DNA of 64,000 nt from the human T2T-CHM13v2.0 reference genome, Homo sapiens. A program made the translations under genes and the position numbers. Shown here piece by piece: positions 40,876 to 53,755 of this stretch (position 1 is its first letter; every line of letters starts with the position of its first letter). The notes under the pieces are model-generated. The model searched no databases, was not told the origin of the DNA, and saw nothing but the letters and a program-made list of their open reading frames with translations. The DNA lies in NCBI RefSeq assembly GCF_009914755.1, contig NC_060928.1; one strand, given 5' to 3'.

Positions 40876-41102
40876 CAGAAGTTGGCAAAAATTTTCTATA
40901 CAGACCCAGATAACAAATATTTTAGACTTTGTGGTCATGTGCTATCTGTTGTATATAATCAATTTTGCAACTTTACCATTGTAGTGTGAAAGCAGCCTTA
41001 GAAAATGCATAGAAAGTACATGTGGCTGAGTTTCAATGTTTTATTTACAAAAACAGGTGATAAATTAGTGTGGCCCTTGGTCTGTAGTTTGCTAAACATT
41101 TG
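40876..41102. mobile_element. MER58A (hAT-Charlie MITE)
   Basis: cagaagttggcaaaaattttctat...aaatattttagactttgtgg...ttgtagtgtgaaagcagcc...ttatttacaaaaacagg...tgtagtttgctaaacatttg. Confidence 0.85.
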
Positions 41103-42449
41103 CTGTATGCATGAATGCTATTTGAGAGGGTAAAATGATATATGACTTAGGTCAAAATTGGCACCAAAATACAAATGAAAATAAGACACTACCTTATCCT
41201 TAATATTACGCTTGCACCCCACCCCTCCCAAGTATGGTTCTCCCAAGCAAGCCAAATCAGAACAGGAGACAAATTTCAGATGAAATCTCTTCCTTCTCTT
41301 CAACTACCACTCCATATAATGCTAATGAATGGTAAGGAGAAAACGATATGGAAAATGCTCATTCTGTTATTGAATACTAAAAAAGAAATCAAAGAATGCT
41401 TTCTAAATGACTGCAAACTTATTTCATCTTTCAGTGTGGGAGCTGCAACAGGAGTAAGTTGGAACCTTGAAAACATCCTTAAGGAAAAACTATACATGAA
41501 AGGGATTCCTTTATGAAAGACTTAGCAAGTGGGTGAAGTATGAAAGCATGACACCAAAAGCTGAAGTTGGGGATTGGGAGAGGAATAGACAGGTATAAAA
41601 TCCCTACAATAGAAAACTTATATATTTCACATTGGATTTATTTAGTCAGTATATTTTTCATGATTGATGACAAATTAACAATTCAATCTATCCTAGGTAA
41701 AGAATGACTTTCCTCATGTACATTTCTAAACAACAAGATGCAGAGATCATACATTAGCTCAAGTGAGAACTGAAACCAAGGGCTGAGATGCGCCAGAATT
41801 TATTTTCTTTATACCACCTTTCCACTGCTTTCGTGCATATCTGCTTCATTCTTTTATGCCAACTTTTCCATGATACTAGAATCATGTTTGGCAGTTTCTC
41901 TGCAGTACTTATCTTCAGCCACACATCTTTACTCACGTGACCAGCCTTGTGGGTACAGACAGAAGAATTATAACTCTGATATCCACATACCATCACTTAA
42001 TTGGATAGAAGGAGAAACAGTTCTATTAAAAAGGGATATTGCTTCCTTGAGTTGGAGGGAATCTTGGCAGAGAAAATGAAATCATTAGCACTTTAATATA
42101 TTCAAAATTGTAATTGTTAAATAACAAACAAATATGCAACTGGGAAAAAATGTATACACATTTCACAAAACAGCGTATCTGTATACCCTGTAATTGGAAA
42201 GTGTATTTAAAAAGTTCATTGATAAAAAATAAATGGGAAAAAATTTTTTTTACAATGACACATCAACATGTCAACTGAACAAATGTACACAACTCAGTGG
42301 AGCTAGGTGAGAATTTTGGTAGGTTTATAAAATTGGGTCAACATCTTAGTGAGCCACTTAAAAATTGTATCAAGAAATGTTATGATACAGATACCTTTAA
42401 ATTTTGTAATCAGGTGTATGTACCTTCTAAACTCTTTAAGAAATAGCTC

Positions 42450-44620
42450 ACAACAGATAACTTCATAGCTACCATCTGCTCCTCCCCAACCTTTCCCCTT
42501 TCCTCTCAATTTCTTCATACATATGAAATTGACCTCTCACTTGGTTTTATGTCAACATTGACTTGCTTTTATTTATAAATTCATCATTCATTAAAGATAA
42601 AGATAACACTCTTGCATGAATCTGAGCTTAATATAAATGAGAACATATTAGAAGTATATTTTGAAACCTGCTTTATTTCTCTAAGCTTTTTGTAGATTTC
42701 CACGTGCACATGTGCACGCACGTGTGTGCACACACATAAACACTGGTGTTTTAGGGAGAAGGTTGGTGTTCATTCCTTGTCACTACCAGGTAGTAGTCCA
42801 TTCAGTGAATATAATTCAAACTATCCAGTCTCTTGTAAATCAGTATTTGGTTCTTTTCTACTTTTGTGCTGTTTGAAATAATTATGCTATAAATATATTG
42901 CATATGGCTGATAGTATGCCCGCGAAAGATTTTCTTTAGGGAATAGAAATGAATTTCCTACATTATGAAGTATAGATGGCTTTAAATTCAGATAATGAAA
43001 AATTTGTTTTGCAATGTGATTATACCAATTTGCACTTTTATCAGAGACATTTTCCCATTGGTCTACCGTCTTGCCACCATTTTGGTGTTTTCAGAAATTT
43101 CCTATATTTATTTTAATTTAAGGGAGTGAAGAAAGATAAAAGTTGTCTTCTTCTGGTTATCTGATATCCTGGGAGTTATCTTTGCTTGTGTTTATTGGCA
43201 TTTATGCCTTCTCTAATAAAAGCTTCCCCATTCCCATTTCTTCTGTTGCCCTGCTTATCTTTTGATTTGTAAGAGGCTTAGCATTTTCTAGACATAAATA
43301 TGTTGTTGGCTATCTGTGACAAACTCTTCCCAAGTTTTTGTGGTTGTATTCATTTGTTTTGTGATATCTTTTGATCTCCAGAAGTTCTTAGATTTAATGA
43401 AGTGAGATTTATTGGTGTTAGACTTTGTCGTTGAGTATTTGGTGTGTAAGACATCATTCCATACCATGAGATCATGAAGACACCCTAATTTTTTTCTAAA
43501 ATTTAAATAATGTTTTTAAATTTAAATCTAAATTCTCTCTAGAATTGATGTTGTATATGGCAGCAGTCCCAATCCTTTTTGACATCAGGGACTGCTTTCG
43601 TGGAAGATAATTTTTCACAGAGAGGTTTTGGGTGGGATGGTTTGGGGATGATTCAAACGCATTACATTTACTGTGCACTTTATTTCTATTATTATTACAT
43701 TGTAATATATAATGAAATAATTATACAACTCACTATAATGTAGAATTAGTGGGAGCCCTGAACTTGTTTTCATGCAACTAGATTATCCCATCTGGAGGTA
43801 ATGGGAGACAGTGACAGGTCATCAGGCATTAGATTTTCATAAGGAGTGTGCAACCTAGACCCCCTGCACGTGTGGTTCACAATACGGTTTGTGCTCCTTT
43901 GACAATCTAATGCCACTACTGATCTGACAGGAGGCGGAGCTCAGGAGGTAATGCAAGTGATGGGGAGTGGCTGTAAATACAAATGAAGCTTCGCTTGCTC
44001 GCCCACCACTCAGCTCCTGCTTCTCTGTGGCATGGCCTACTTCTTAACAGGCCTGGGACCTACCCTGGCCTGTGATATACCTACCCTGGTATATGCAGGT
44101 TTGAAGTAAAAACATAATTTTATCTCAATAACAAATTATTGTAGTAAAACTTACTAAATAATTGATCCTTTCACCATTCTTCTATGGCATCATCTGTGAT
44201 ATAAGGTGTTATAATTGTTCCTTACCTGCATGGCCCTATTTCTCTACTGCCCACTTTTTTCTCCCTCTGTTATATTTTTTCTGTTTTACTTAAATACCAC
44301 ACTGTATTCAATACAATAGCTTTCTAAAAGTCATAATATTGGGGGGAAGTCACATTTCTTCAATTTTGCTACTTTGGGATTATTCTAAGTTTTCACTACC
44401 GTACTTTTCACACCAAATAAATTTAGTGAGCTGGTTAAATTTTACATACCACAACAGGTTGGGATTTTAATAAAATGTAATCAAAACCAGAAGCTCAATT
44501 TGAGGAATATTGGCAAATTTAAATATTGACATGACTTATCTCTTCACATGTTATATCTCTCCATTCTTCAGGTTTTCTTTAATGTTGATACACTGAGACT
44601 TTCAACTCTACATATATGAA
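42450..44620 (-). mobile_element. Very old L1ME-type fragment, interrupted by MER1A
   Basis: gattataccaatttgcact, gaagttcttagatttaatg, tctagaattgatgttgtatatgg, aataccacactg, gggattttaat are antisense L1 ORF2/3' motifs. Boundaries are approximate. Confidence 0.55.
43561..44088. mobile_element. MER1A (hAT-Charlie)
   Basis: cagcagtcccaatcctttttgacatcagggactg...gcattacatttactgtgcactttatttctattatt...ctgatctgacaggaggcggagctcagg...accctg. 8-bp TSD gtatatgg/gtatatgc. Confidence 0.92.
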
Positions 44621-45056
44621 CTCATTTTAAGGCACAGACTCTGCCAGTAGTGTGCCAAAGTGTGTAAACATATGTGTTCATATGGAAAATGGATAGATAG
44701 GCAAGTAGATAACTAGATAGCCAGAGAGATAAACAGTTCTCCATGACAGTGAGTTTTTAATAGCTACAAATTAGAAACAACCTATATGTTTAAGAAGAGT
44801 AAAATAGTTCAATAAAAACAATGATTCTTGCTGATAATAAATTATGTGGAAATTAAAATCACGTTTCTGAAGCATACATAAAGCTAGGAAAAAAATTAAT
44901 AATTATATTTAAGTAAACAATTTTAAAATTACATGTATATAAATTTACATGTGTGTCTATATGTTTACATAAATATGCATTCATAAATATATATATTATA
45001 ATCACCTCTTTAGAATTTAAATACAATTGAACATGAATATACTAAGTTATAACTCA

Positions 45057-45474
45057 TTTTTATGTTGAATTGAGTCCCCCCACCAAATTCCTGTTGAAGT
45101 CCTAATTCCCCAGTAGCTAAGAATATGAGTTTATTTGAAAATAAGGTCTTTACAGAGCTAATCAAGTTAAAATAAGATCGTTAGGATCAGCCCTAATCCA
45201 ATAAGACTGGTGCCTTTATAAAAAGGGAAAATTTGGAGACAGACATGCACACAGGGAGAACCCATGTGAAGATTAGAGTTATGTTGTCATAAACTAAGGT
45301 ATTACTAGTAGAAGAGGGGCCTGGAACAGATTCACCCTCACCACACTCAGAAGGAACCAACCCTGTCAACACCTTGATTTGGGGCTTCTACACTCCAGAA
45401 CTGTGGGAAATAAAGTTCTATTTAAACCACCCAATCTGTGGTACTTAGTTATGGCAGTCCTAATAGACAATACA
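45057..45474 (+). mobile_element. MLT1B/C-like MaLR solo LTR
   Basis: gttgaattgagtccccc...gccctaatccaataagactggtg...agaaggaaccaaccctgtcaacaccttgattt...gttatggcagtcctaatagacaataca. Confidence 0.85.
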
Positions 45475-45523
45475 CCAGTCAACAGGCGACCTCTGCTGCT
45501 GACGTGCATATGTGGTTTCTACA

Positions 45524-45889
45524 TGTATTAATCTGTTTTCACAGTGCTAAGAAAGGTATATCCAAGACTGGGCAATTTACAAAACAAAGAGGTTTAATAA
45601 ACTTACAGTTCCATGTGACTGAGGAGGCCTCACAATCATGGCGGAAGGCGAAGAGGAACAAGTCACATTTTACGTGGATGGCGGCAGGCAAAAAGAGCTG
45701 GTGTAAGGAAACTCTCATTTTTAAAACTATCAGATCTTGTGAGATTCATTCACTATCATGAGAACAGCGCAGGAAAGACCCGCCCCCATAATTCAAACAC
45801 TTTCCACCAGATTCCTCCCGCCACATGTGGGAACTGTGGAGTTACAATTCAAGATGAGATTTCGGTGGGGACACAGCCAAACCATATCA
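45524..45889 (-). mobile_element. THE1 (THE1B-like) solo LTR
   Basis: tgtattaatctgttttcac...gggacacagccaaaccatatca with a perfect TSD ctaca (45519-45523 / 45890-45894). Confidence 0.94.
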
Positions 45890-46119
45890 CTACACTTCGC
45901 AATTCATCTGTGAGTCTTTGATAGCATATTTATAAAAGTAAAAATGTAAAATACTTAAAAGCCCGAACACTTCAAGTATTAATTTTATTTCATAGGAGAA
46001 TAGTTTTTTTCTTTTTAATAAAAGGTAAATAAAGGCTCAAAGGAGTTTTAATAAGATTTTGCTTGTATATAGACTTAGGTGACAGTATCAATAGAGATGG
46101 AGGGATTGTGAAATATTGA

Positions 46120-46525
46120 ATATAGGAAGCTGCAGTGAACAGTGGCCCAGAAGCACCCAGTGGCCAGCAGCCTCTCCCTGCAGAGTATTTCCAGTGATCA
46201 GCTTTCCCAAGCACCCTAGAGGGCAGATTTCAGGTAGTTTCCAGCAACAGAGCATCACAGCAACTTTGCCATTTATTGAGCCACAGCTGTTCCCTCCCTG
46301 ACAAGTGGGACTCTTCCATTCAAGTGCCATCTCAGACCTAGGGAGAGTGGCTGTCCTTTATATCCACTATTTCTATATTCTTTAGAATTATATTTCTTTC
46401 TTACTCAACTAATCCCTCCTTACTTTGATCCTATATGTTAGAGCTGTGAATAATTCTATTAAACTTTCTATGTTCAAATTCCTTCATGGCTTTTCTCTCC
46501 CAGCATCTGAGTCAACTTATGCTGG
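46120..46525 (+). mobile_element. LTR41-like ERVL LTR fragment
   Basis: atctcagacctagggagagtggctgtcctttatatcc...tatattctttaga...attaaactttctatgttcaaatt. Confidence 0.5.
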
Positions 46526-46653
46526 ATACTCATTTTTTTACTCATATTTTAAACAGACACAAAAGTCAAGGAAAATTTTCTTCTGAAAATCACTCCCTGC
46601 CCATGTCATGACAAATGCTGCACTGCTGGTCATATCACCTATAAGGTGTACAG

Positions 46654-47021
46654 TGTCTTAGTTCAGGCTGTTATAAGAAATTACCATAGACTGGGTGTCT
46701 CATAAACCAAAAAATGAAATTTTATTTCTCACAGCTCAGGAAGTTAGAATTTGAGATCAGAGTGCCCAAGCCAGCACTATCTGGGTTCTGGGGAGAGTCC
46801 TCTTCTGGGTTGCAGAGGACAACTTCCCATTGTATCCTGACACAGCAGAAAGTGAGAGAGCTCTCCAGAGTTCCTTTTACATAGGCATCAGTCATACTCA
46901 TGGGCCTCCACATTCATGAAATAATAACCTCCCAAAGGCTCGACCTCTTAATACCATCGCACTGGAGGATAAGATTTCAATACACGAATTTTGGGGAAAC
47001 ACAAACATTCAGTCCTTTGCA
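46654..47021 (-). mobile_element. MLT1A0-like MaLR solo LTR
   Basis: tgtcttagttcaggctgttataagaaattaccatagactggg...aaacacaaacattcagtcctttgca. TSD tacag/gacag. Confidence 0.88.
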
Positions 47022-47779
47022 GACAGCAAAATGTTTCAGCTTTTCAGAGAGACAGTAAACGAATCCTCAATCTATTAAGTGCTTGCATTATGATCTTCAA
47101 AGTAATTCTTTGTGGTTTTTTTTTTTAGCTCTACGTAGCTTTTAAATCTCCAATAATATATTTTCAATTGCTTTCTCTAAAAATAACACATAAATTGCTG
47201 AGAAAATCAAACTGTGAGTAATCAAGCAGTTGTCACCATAATTTAGTTTCACCAACTTTAAAAATGATGGCATCTTGGCCTTGAACTTGGGGATCACTTG
47301 TTAGGATGACAAAGACCACCAGTGCTTTGAAGTCTATACTTCAACAAACGCTGCTATGAGCAGTAAAAATGAGAAAGCATTGAAGATAGAAATGTCCAAG
47401 GCACGACCTTCAAAATTAGAAAGGCTTTGATAAAGGGATGAAGAGTAATAGTTTGGAACTAGTGATGATTAGCCAGAAGAATGCAGTAACAAGCCTCTTG
47501 GGTTATAAGATATGGGAGGATAACCAATTGCTTTGGAGCTACCTGTAAGAGAAGCAATGTTGGCAGCTAAGTTTCAGTTACATCTTGCAGAACAAAATTC
47601 TGTAAAAAAATATCAGGATGACAGGCAAATTAACTTATATTGAGACTGAAAGTGGGAAACATTGGTGTATTGAAAATGCAAAAAAAAACAATAAATGAAT
47701 AAGAAAAACAGATGCTTGATCATTTTATATGGGATATTTGCTTTTCTCTTTTTCACTAAATTTAGGTTGGAATTGGTTT

Positions 47780-48122
47780 CTTCCCTACCTATTCCACCAC
47801 AGTCAACATTTGGCTCTTGCTTTGATCACAGTTACTTTCTCTCTGGCCCCTCTACCTCCAGGTTTAACTCCATCAATCCCTCTCTCCTAAGAGCAAATAA
47901 TAATATATATTAAATGTAAACGTGGTTATTTCACTCTCCTAGTTGCCCTTTTTCCAGTTCTTTACCACCTTCATTAATAAGTGAAAGACACCAAGGATTA
48001 AGAGGACTTCTATGATCATTCCTTCTTTCCCTGTCCACTGTCCTTTCTCATGAAATGTACAGAGCATCCCATCTAATGCATGATGTTTCATACCTTTAGT
48101 TGTGGCTCATGCTGCTTCTTCA
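47780..48122 (+). mobile_element. L2 fragment
   Basis: ccatcaatccctctctcc...aaatgtaaacgtggttatttcactctcct...ttcatacctttagttgtggctcatgctg. Confidence 0.5.
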
Positions 48123-50609
48123 GTCATCAGGGAGGTGTTTGTTGGCAATGAAAGTTTGCCATACTATATGGCATAGGAGAATGGCATAGGAGAAAGACAA
48201 CTTATTTAAAATTATATTTTTAAATGCTGTGAGATATATTATTTAAATCTGCAAATAAGTGTGAAAATAGATGGAGACTATAATTACTTCTTAGAAAACT
48301 ATGATTCTGCCTTTGCTCCAGCAACTAGTATCATCTGTCTAAATTTAAATCAGCCACCTTACCTTTTCTTAATGCCAGTTTCCACAAATATAAGTTGGAA
48401 ATAATACTTTAATATGCATTTGCCAGAGTAATTAAGATAATTGTATAGAGGAAAGCACGTTCAGAAGTTAAATATAAGTTTAAAACTTAGGGAACAATAG
48501 CAGCAGTGTGACAGATAGTTGTGAAGTCACAGTTTTTATTTCTTTGTTAGTCAGGGTTCTCTTTTATTTTTTATTTACGTATTACTCTGAAATGCAATAA
48601 TCCCAAAAGAGTTGCATAAAGTAGACAAAGAATGTATTTTCGTCTTTCTTTTAGGTCATTTCTCAATATACTTTGCTGTCATATTTAGAATTTTCTTAAG
48701 AGGCCAGGAAATAACTTCCATATATCTACAAGCTTTCTAAGGGTCAATCATCTTGCTCTTCAGAGTTTTAGTAGCCTGACATTTATCAATGTGGACAACC
48801 AAGAGAAAGACTTTCACACAGAGTCACATTACACAAATAGATACAAATGCCAATGGTGGGGGACAGCCTGAATGATACTGTTGAGCATTCCTGACACCGT
48901 GTTCTGCCAGCAAATTAGCTTCCTTGAGAACATGGAAATTCACACACAGATTGATGCAGTGCAATGTTTTAAAAGCGAATATTCTCAGTTGTGGCACAGG
49001 ACACCAACATTGAAAAGAGAAATGTCCAATGTGTTTTGTGTAACTTTGATGATTTGGCAACCTTATACCTGAAATTTTCCATTCACTGAATGCTAAAATT
49101 AAATGGCATATTCTTGAGAGCCAAAACAATGCTTCTGAAAAAAACTCATATTTATAATGTGAACAAACCATTAAATATATTAAACTTAAGCAGAGCTGGC
49201 AAAAAGAAACAAAGGGCATAGAATTTATTTACATAAAATGAATTTTTAAAATTTCCCTAAGAGGACAAATGAGATATTACTGCTTTTGATGTTCTGATAA
49301 TTTCACATCAAAGTTTCAAAACTGCACATTTGTAAATCACAGATGAGGATAGTTTAGGAATCTTGCATCAGCTATATGGTTCCATTTCTCTGTGTAGAAA
49401 TAACTACTGTCATAGGTCAGAAATCTCAGTGTTCTGAGAGTCTTTTGAAGAAGCAAGTAGCTTATCCTGCATTTGGAATCAGACAAGTATGACAATGGTT
49501 ACTTGAATTAATCATAACAAAATATTTTATACACTTCTATTTATTTGCACCAAAATTATTTCTTGCTAGGCATCTTTTAAAAAGATAATATATCACTTTC
49601 TTTTCATTAATTTTTGTAAAATGAACTAATTTCATCCTAGAAATGCATTTACTGGTATCAAGTTCATTATTCATTATTCATTTAAGTATGTCTTAGTAAT
49701 CCTGGGAATCTAAAAGCCCATTCCCAAACATCCACATTTAAAAATATATATATTTCTAATATTAGTTTTCAAGGCTAAATCATGTAAATTCAAGGATTTT
49801 GTTTCTGCACTAATTTCTAATGTTACAAAAAGCATAATTTACTTTACTGCCATTGTGGGTCTTTGCTATCTCAAAGTAAAAATAAAATTGTTGGCTATAG
49901 GGTGCCATTTATACATAGAATACAAAGAGTGAAATGTAAAACTATTACAAAGCTAAAGGGGAAAAAATATTAGTTCTAATGGACTTTTGATTGACAATTG
50001 CAATATTATTGCTTTACATTTTCCTTCTGAAATAAGTGCTACTTTCTCAATAGGACACATGCATAGCTGTGAGCAATAACAGTAATATTATACCCAATAA
50101 TTATTTGACACAAGTTCCCTGACTAGCAGAACTGAATTTTGGTTTCTAATATTACTTATGTATGCTAATATGATTTAAATTGCAGAAAACTGAAAAACAG
50201 TTGATTTAATGCCTTTAGAAAAACTGTATTAATGTCATAGAATGGATTATTCCCATGTTCTAAAAATCTCATACTTTGGGTGTTTATGTGCTGAATAGAT
50301 TTTAAGAGGTAACTATTTAAACACAACATTTTAAGCTAAAAATTTAAGACATACTTTCTATATCTATAAAATACAATCACTCACATTTTGCTGATTTTGT
50401 ATTCAAAATGAGGAATTGGGGAATTCATTCTATTTGAAAATAAATTTATTTTGTATACTCTACTCATAGCTGACATTTTCCATCTTAAAATATCAACCTT
50501 AAATCAACGCTTATTAAATATTTATTAAAAACTTGTCTAGTTTATCCTTTAAACACAATTTTCCTGAATTATATGAGTAAGGGGGAAAAAAACTGCTTTG
50601 TTTTATATA

Positions 50610-50815
50610 GGCCTCCGGAGTAAATCACAAAATCTCCCTTGACAGCTCTTCCTGGGATTTAATAACGCTACTCGCAGGAAAGTCTTACCTAGATTATGTA
50701 TAAGCCCTTCATGCTCCAGCCTACACATTTGTCCCCTGGTTGTATCCTCTGCAGAGAACAGAAACAGCTGGCCACCAGCCTATCTGATAATACCCTTCCA
50801 GTACTTGAATTTCAT
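50610..50815 (-). mobile_element. L3/CR1 fragment
   Basis: gcaggaaagtcttacctag...ttgtatcctctgcagagaacagaaacagctggccaccagcct...aatacccttccagtacttgaa. Confidence 0.55.
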
Positions 50816-51032
50816 TGCTAAATTTCTTCGTGGTCAATAAAAGAATCTATTTGTAAAAGTTCCCTGTTGGAGCCTCTTAGGCTGCCCAATGTTATTAAAA
50901 TAAAATGTCCTGTACATACAGCAGAATATATGCTTCGTTTCAAGACATGAATGAAAGGCTGTGTTTTTACTATAGTTAAGAAAGCTTGTTAGATATGCCC
51001 ATTAATTTTACTTTAAAAGTAATAACTTCTCA

Positions 51033-51298
51033 TTTCTTTCTTTCTTTTTTTTTTTTTTTGAGACGGAGTTTCGCTCTGTCTCCCAGGCTAGAGTGCAGTG
51101 GCAGGATGTGGGCTCACTGCAAGCTCCGCCTCCCGGGTTCAGGCCATTCTCCTGCCTCAGCCTCAGGGAGCTGGGACTACAGGCTCCCGTCACCACGCCC
51201 AGCTAATTTTTTTGTGTGTTTTTTAGTAGAGACGGGGTTTCACCGTGTTAGCCAGGATGGTCTAGATTTCCTGACCTAATGATCCGCCCGCCTCGGTC
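51033..51298 (-). mobile_element. AluY, missing the first ~45 nt
   Basis: gcaagctccgcctcccgggttc...ccattctcc...caccgtgttagccaggatgg. It stops at cctcggtc and no TSD is visible. Confidence 0.92.
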
Positions 51299-51309
51299 TT
51301 TGTTAACTG

Positions 51310-51908
51310 TGTTTGCTCCCTCCGCATCAACCACTTTTCCTTTCTCTTTTTGTATCAATTACGTGTTTCCTTGAGAATTCCCTCCTTCCCCTTCTCAGCC
51401 ACATCTTTTGGGTCAGGTGAACTCCATTATAAGCTGGAGTTCTCAAGTCAATTACTAAATTTCACTCTCTATTGTCTCACCCTAACACGATGACCATAAC
51501 TAATTGATAAAAATTTGACCTCATGCCCCACTTCAGGCTAGTGACACACGAGTGTATGTTTGCCTGGGGCTTTCGTAAAAAGAGTGCTTTATCCCTCTCT
51601 CCTAATAGGACCAGAACAGATGCTCTCTTTCCTGAAACAGATGTAGTAGAGTCCTTCACTATTGCTACTAGGAGAGCAGCCACTCTGGAAATGAAGTTGA
51701 TAAAGAGAGGGCAGAGCCCGGAAGAAAGTATTAGGAATCTCTTGATAGAACTGTTCTTAAATTCAGGCCAGCTGCTGAACTCTTCTGTTTTATTAATATA
51801 TACATATATAGCTTTATTTATATAAATTATGCATGCATTTATATTTCTATTTCTTCAGGCTAAGTGGTGCAGTTTTCTGTAACTTGAAAAAAAGATTATT
51901 AATTCATA
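51310..51908 (+). mobile_element. Old MLT1J/K-like MaLR LTR
   Basis: tccttgagaattccctccttccccttctcagcc...gcagttttctgtaacttgaaaaaaagattattaattcata. Confidence 0.5.
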
Positions 51909-53755
51909 AAATTTTCTGGTTAAACTTTTCTGTTTCTAAAAATGTGATTGGCTAACAAGACCTACATAATACATTTTTGAGGGGATGACATTTAAAATGT
52001 ATGTATTCTTAAGATTAACTTCTCACTAATAGTACTCATTATTACTAGTGAAGACTTCTTTTATTCTAGCCACAAAAAATCCTAAAAATACAAATAATTA
52101 TGATTGACTTCTTCAAAAGAATAAACTTTAATCTCCCAAATATGCCAATCTCAAATTACTGAATGTGCTAAAGATCTTTGTATGATTAGATGCAAATAAG
52201 GAAGCAATTAAGTCATTATTAATTAGTACTAATGAGCATGTTATTCAGGCTTATGTCTCAAGTAAAGAAAATAAGTGACAAATCCATGAGGAAGGGTGAC
52301 TACAGGGACAGAATCATAAGGACCTGTGAGATCGCAGTGCAGCGTGGTGTGAACACCTTTACAACACAGCTTCCCAAATTCTCTCCATGGCAAGGATACC
52401 CCTGTCAAAATCACTGGCTATTTCACGTCCTTTTTAGGAAAAAAAATGAGTCAAATGTACATGTTTCTAATTTAATGCATTCTTCGTATCACTTTATACT
52501 TATTTGTTCTTGTTCTCTCGAAAGGGTCCTACTATATCTAAAAATATTTTGAATTGTTTTCCCTAACTTTTCCATTTATATAACAATTCTTTGTCCCAGG
52601 AGTATTCTTTTGCTCTAAGCACTGTCTACCCCAACTTCAGCTTCCATTTTCTTTGTAAAGCCTAGAGATATTTTCATGTTTTAACCTCTCTCAAGTCTTC
52701 CCACACACCCATCCACTACCAATACACACATATATACCACATCTTTGCAACCATTAAAATAATGTTCCATACCCCTGGAACTAGCCAGTCTGTTGATGGA
52801 CTTACTAACCAGCATTCATGTGATTCCCTTTATTTCATATATTACTAATGTGAATCATTCATACATTTATTTATTTATTTAGCAAATATTTCTCATCTCC
52901 TTTGTTATAAGCAGTGTTTTTGGCATCTCAATTGCAAACAAACCTCAAGTAGTTTATAGCCCAATGGCTTTGTTAAAACTTAATTAGTTTATACTACATG
53001 GAAACATTCTGAAGAGGTTTTGATGTGTTATGTAAAATTAGGTTATGTGATCCTTGAACTGCAGTGATAATATCTTTATTTCACTTGCATCCTTACGGCA
53101 AAATCTAGAGGTCTATTACAAAAACAGTCAGGAAAGGAAGGCATCTGAATATAACTTGTGGTTGAATTTACAGTTGCTTTAAAAATGCTACATAAGAAAC
53201 ATCATCATGTTGCATAATGGGAGTCATGCTTTTTAGCTTGACTTTTAAGCAATAAGTTGTAACAGTGGAATTGTTCCTGCAAGAAAGTGTTCCATCCCAT
53301 TGACTTATCTTCCCAAGAGATGGTTTTCATCTTTAAAATGGAGACAGCAACATAAACATGTTTTCATGGTAGATAAAGAGAAACTTAAATAGTATATCAA
53401 ACTTACTTGATCATAATTTTCACCTGGTATGTTTGTAGGTAATAGAGAGTCACCAAGCACCCTACTTGATTATTATGACCAAACTCATTTTGGAAATATT
53501 ACACTGGAGAATCACAGTAAGATTGACCAGATAAGACCTGACTTCCATCAGTGTTTTACTGAATTGATCAACTGGAAATCTACCTTTAAAAGTAGAAATC
53601 ATATCTTTCAAGATTCTCCCACCTTTTACATTTCTGTAGCTCCATTTTAAAAATGAATGTGAAATAATATGCCTTGCTGTGCACCTTAAGTCATAATTGA
53701 TTCCCATGTAAGAGAAAATCCAAGATACCAAATACTGCTTTATAGACGGAACTTA

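Noticed and set aside
48167-48194. atggcataggaga repeated twice
   Set aside because: Trivial 14-bp-period slippage duplication.
48824-49219. 131-aa minus-strand ORF in apparently unique sequence
   Set aside because: No domain signature and composition consistent with chance. Conservation cannot be judged here.
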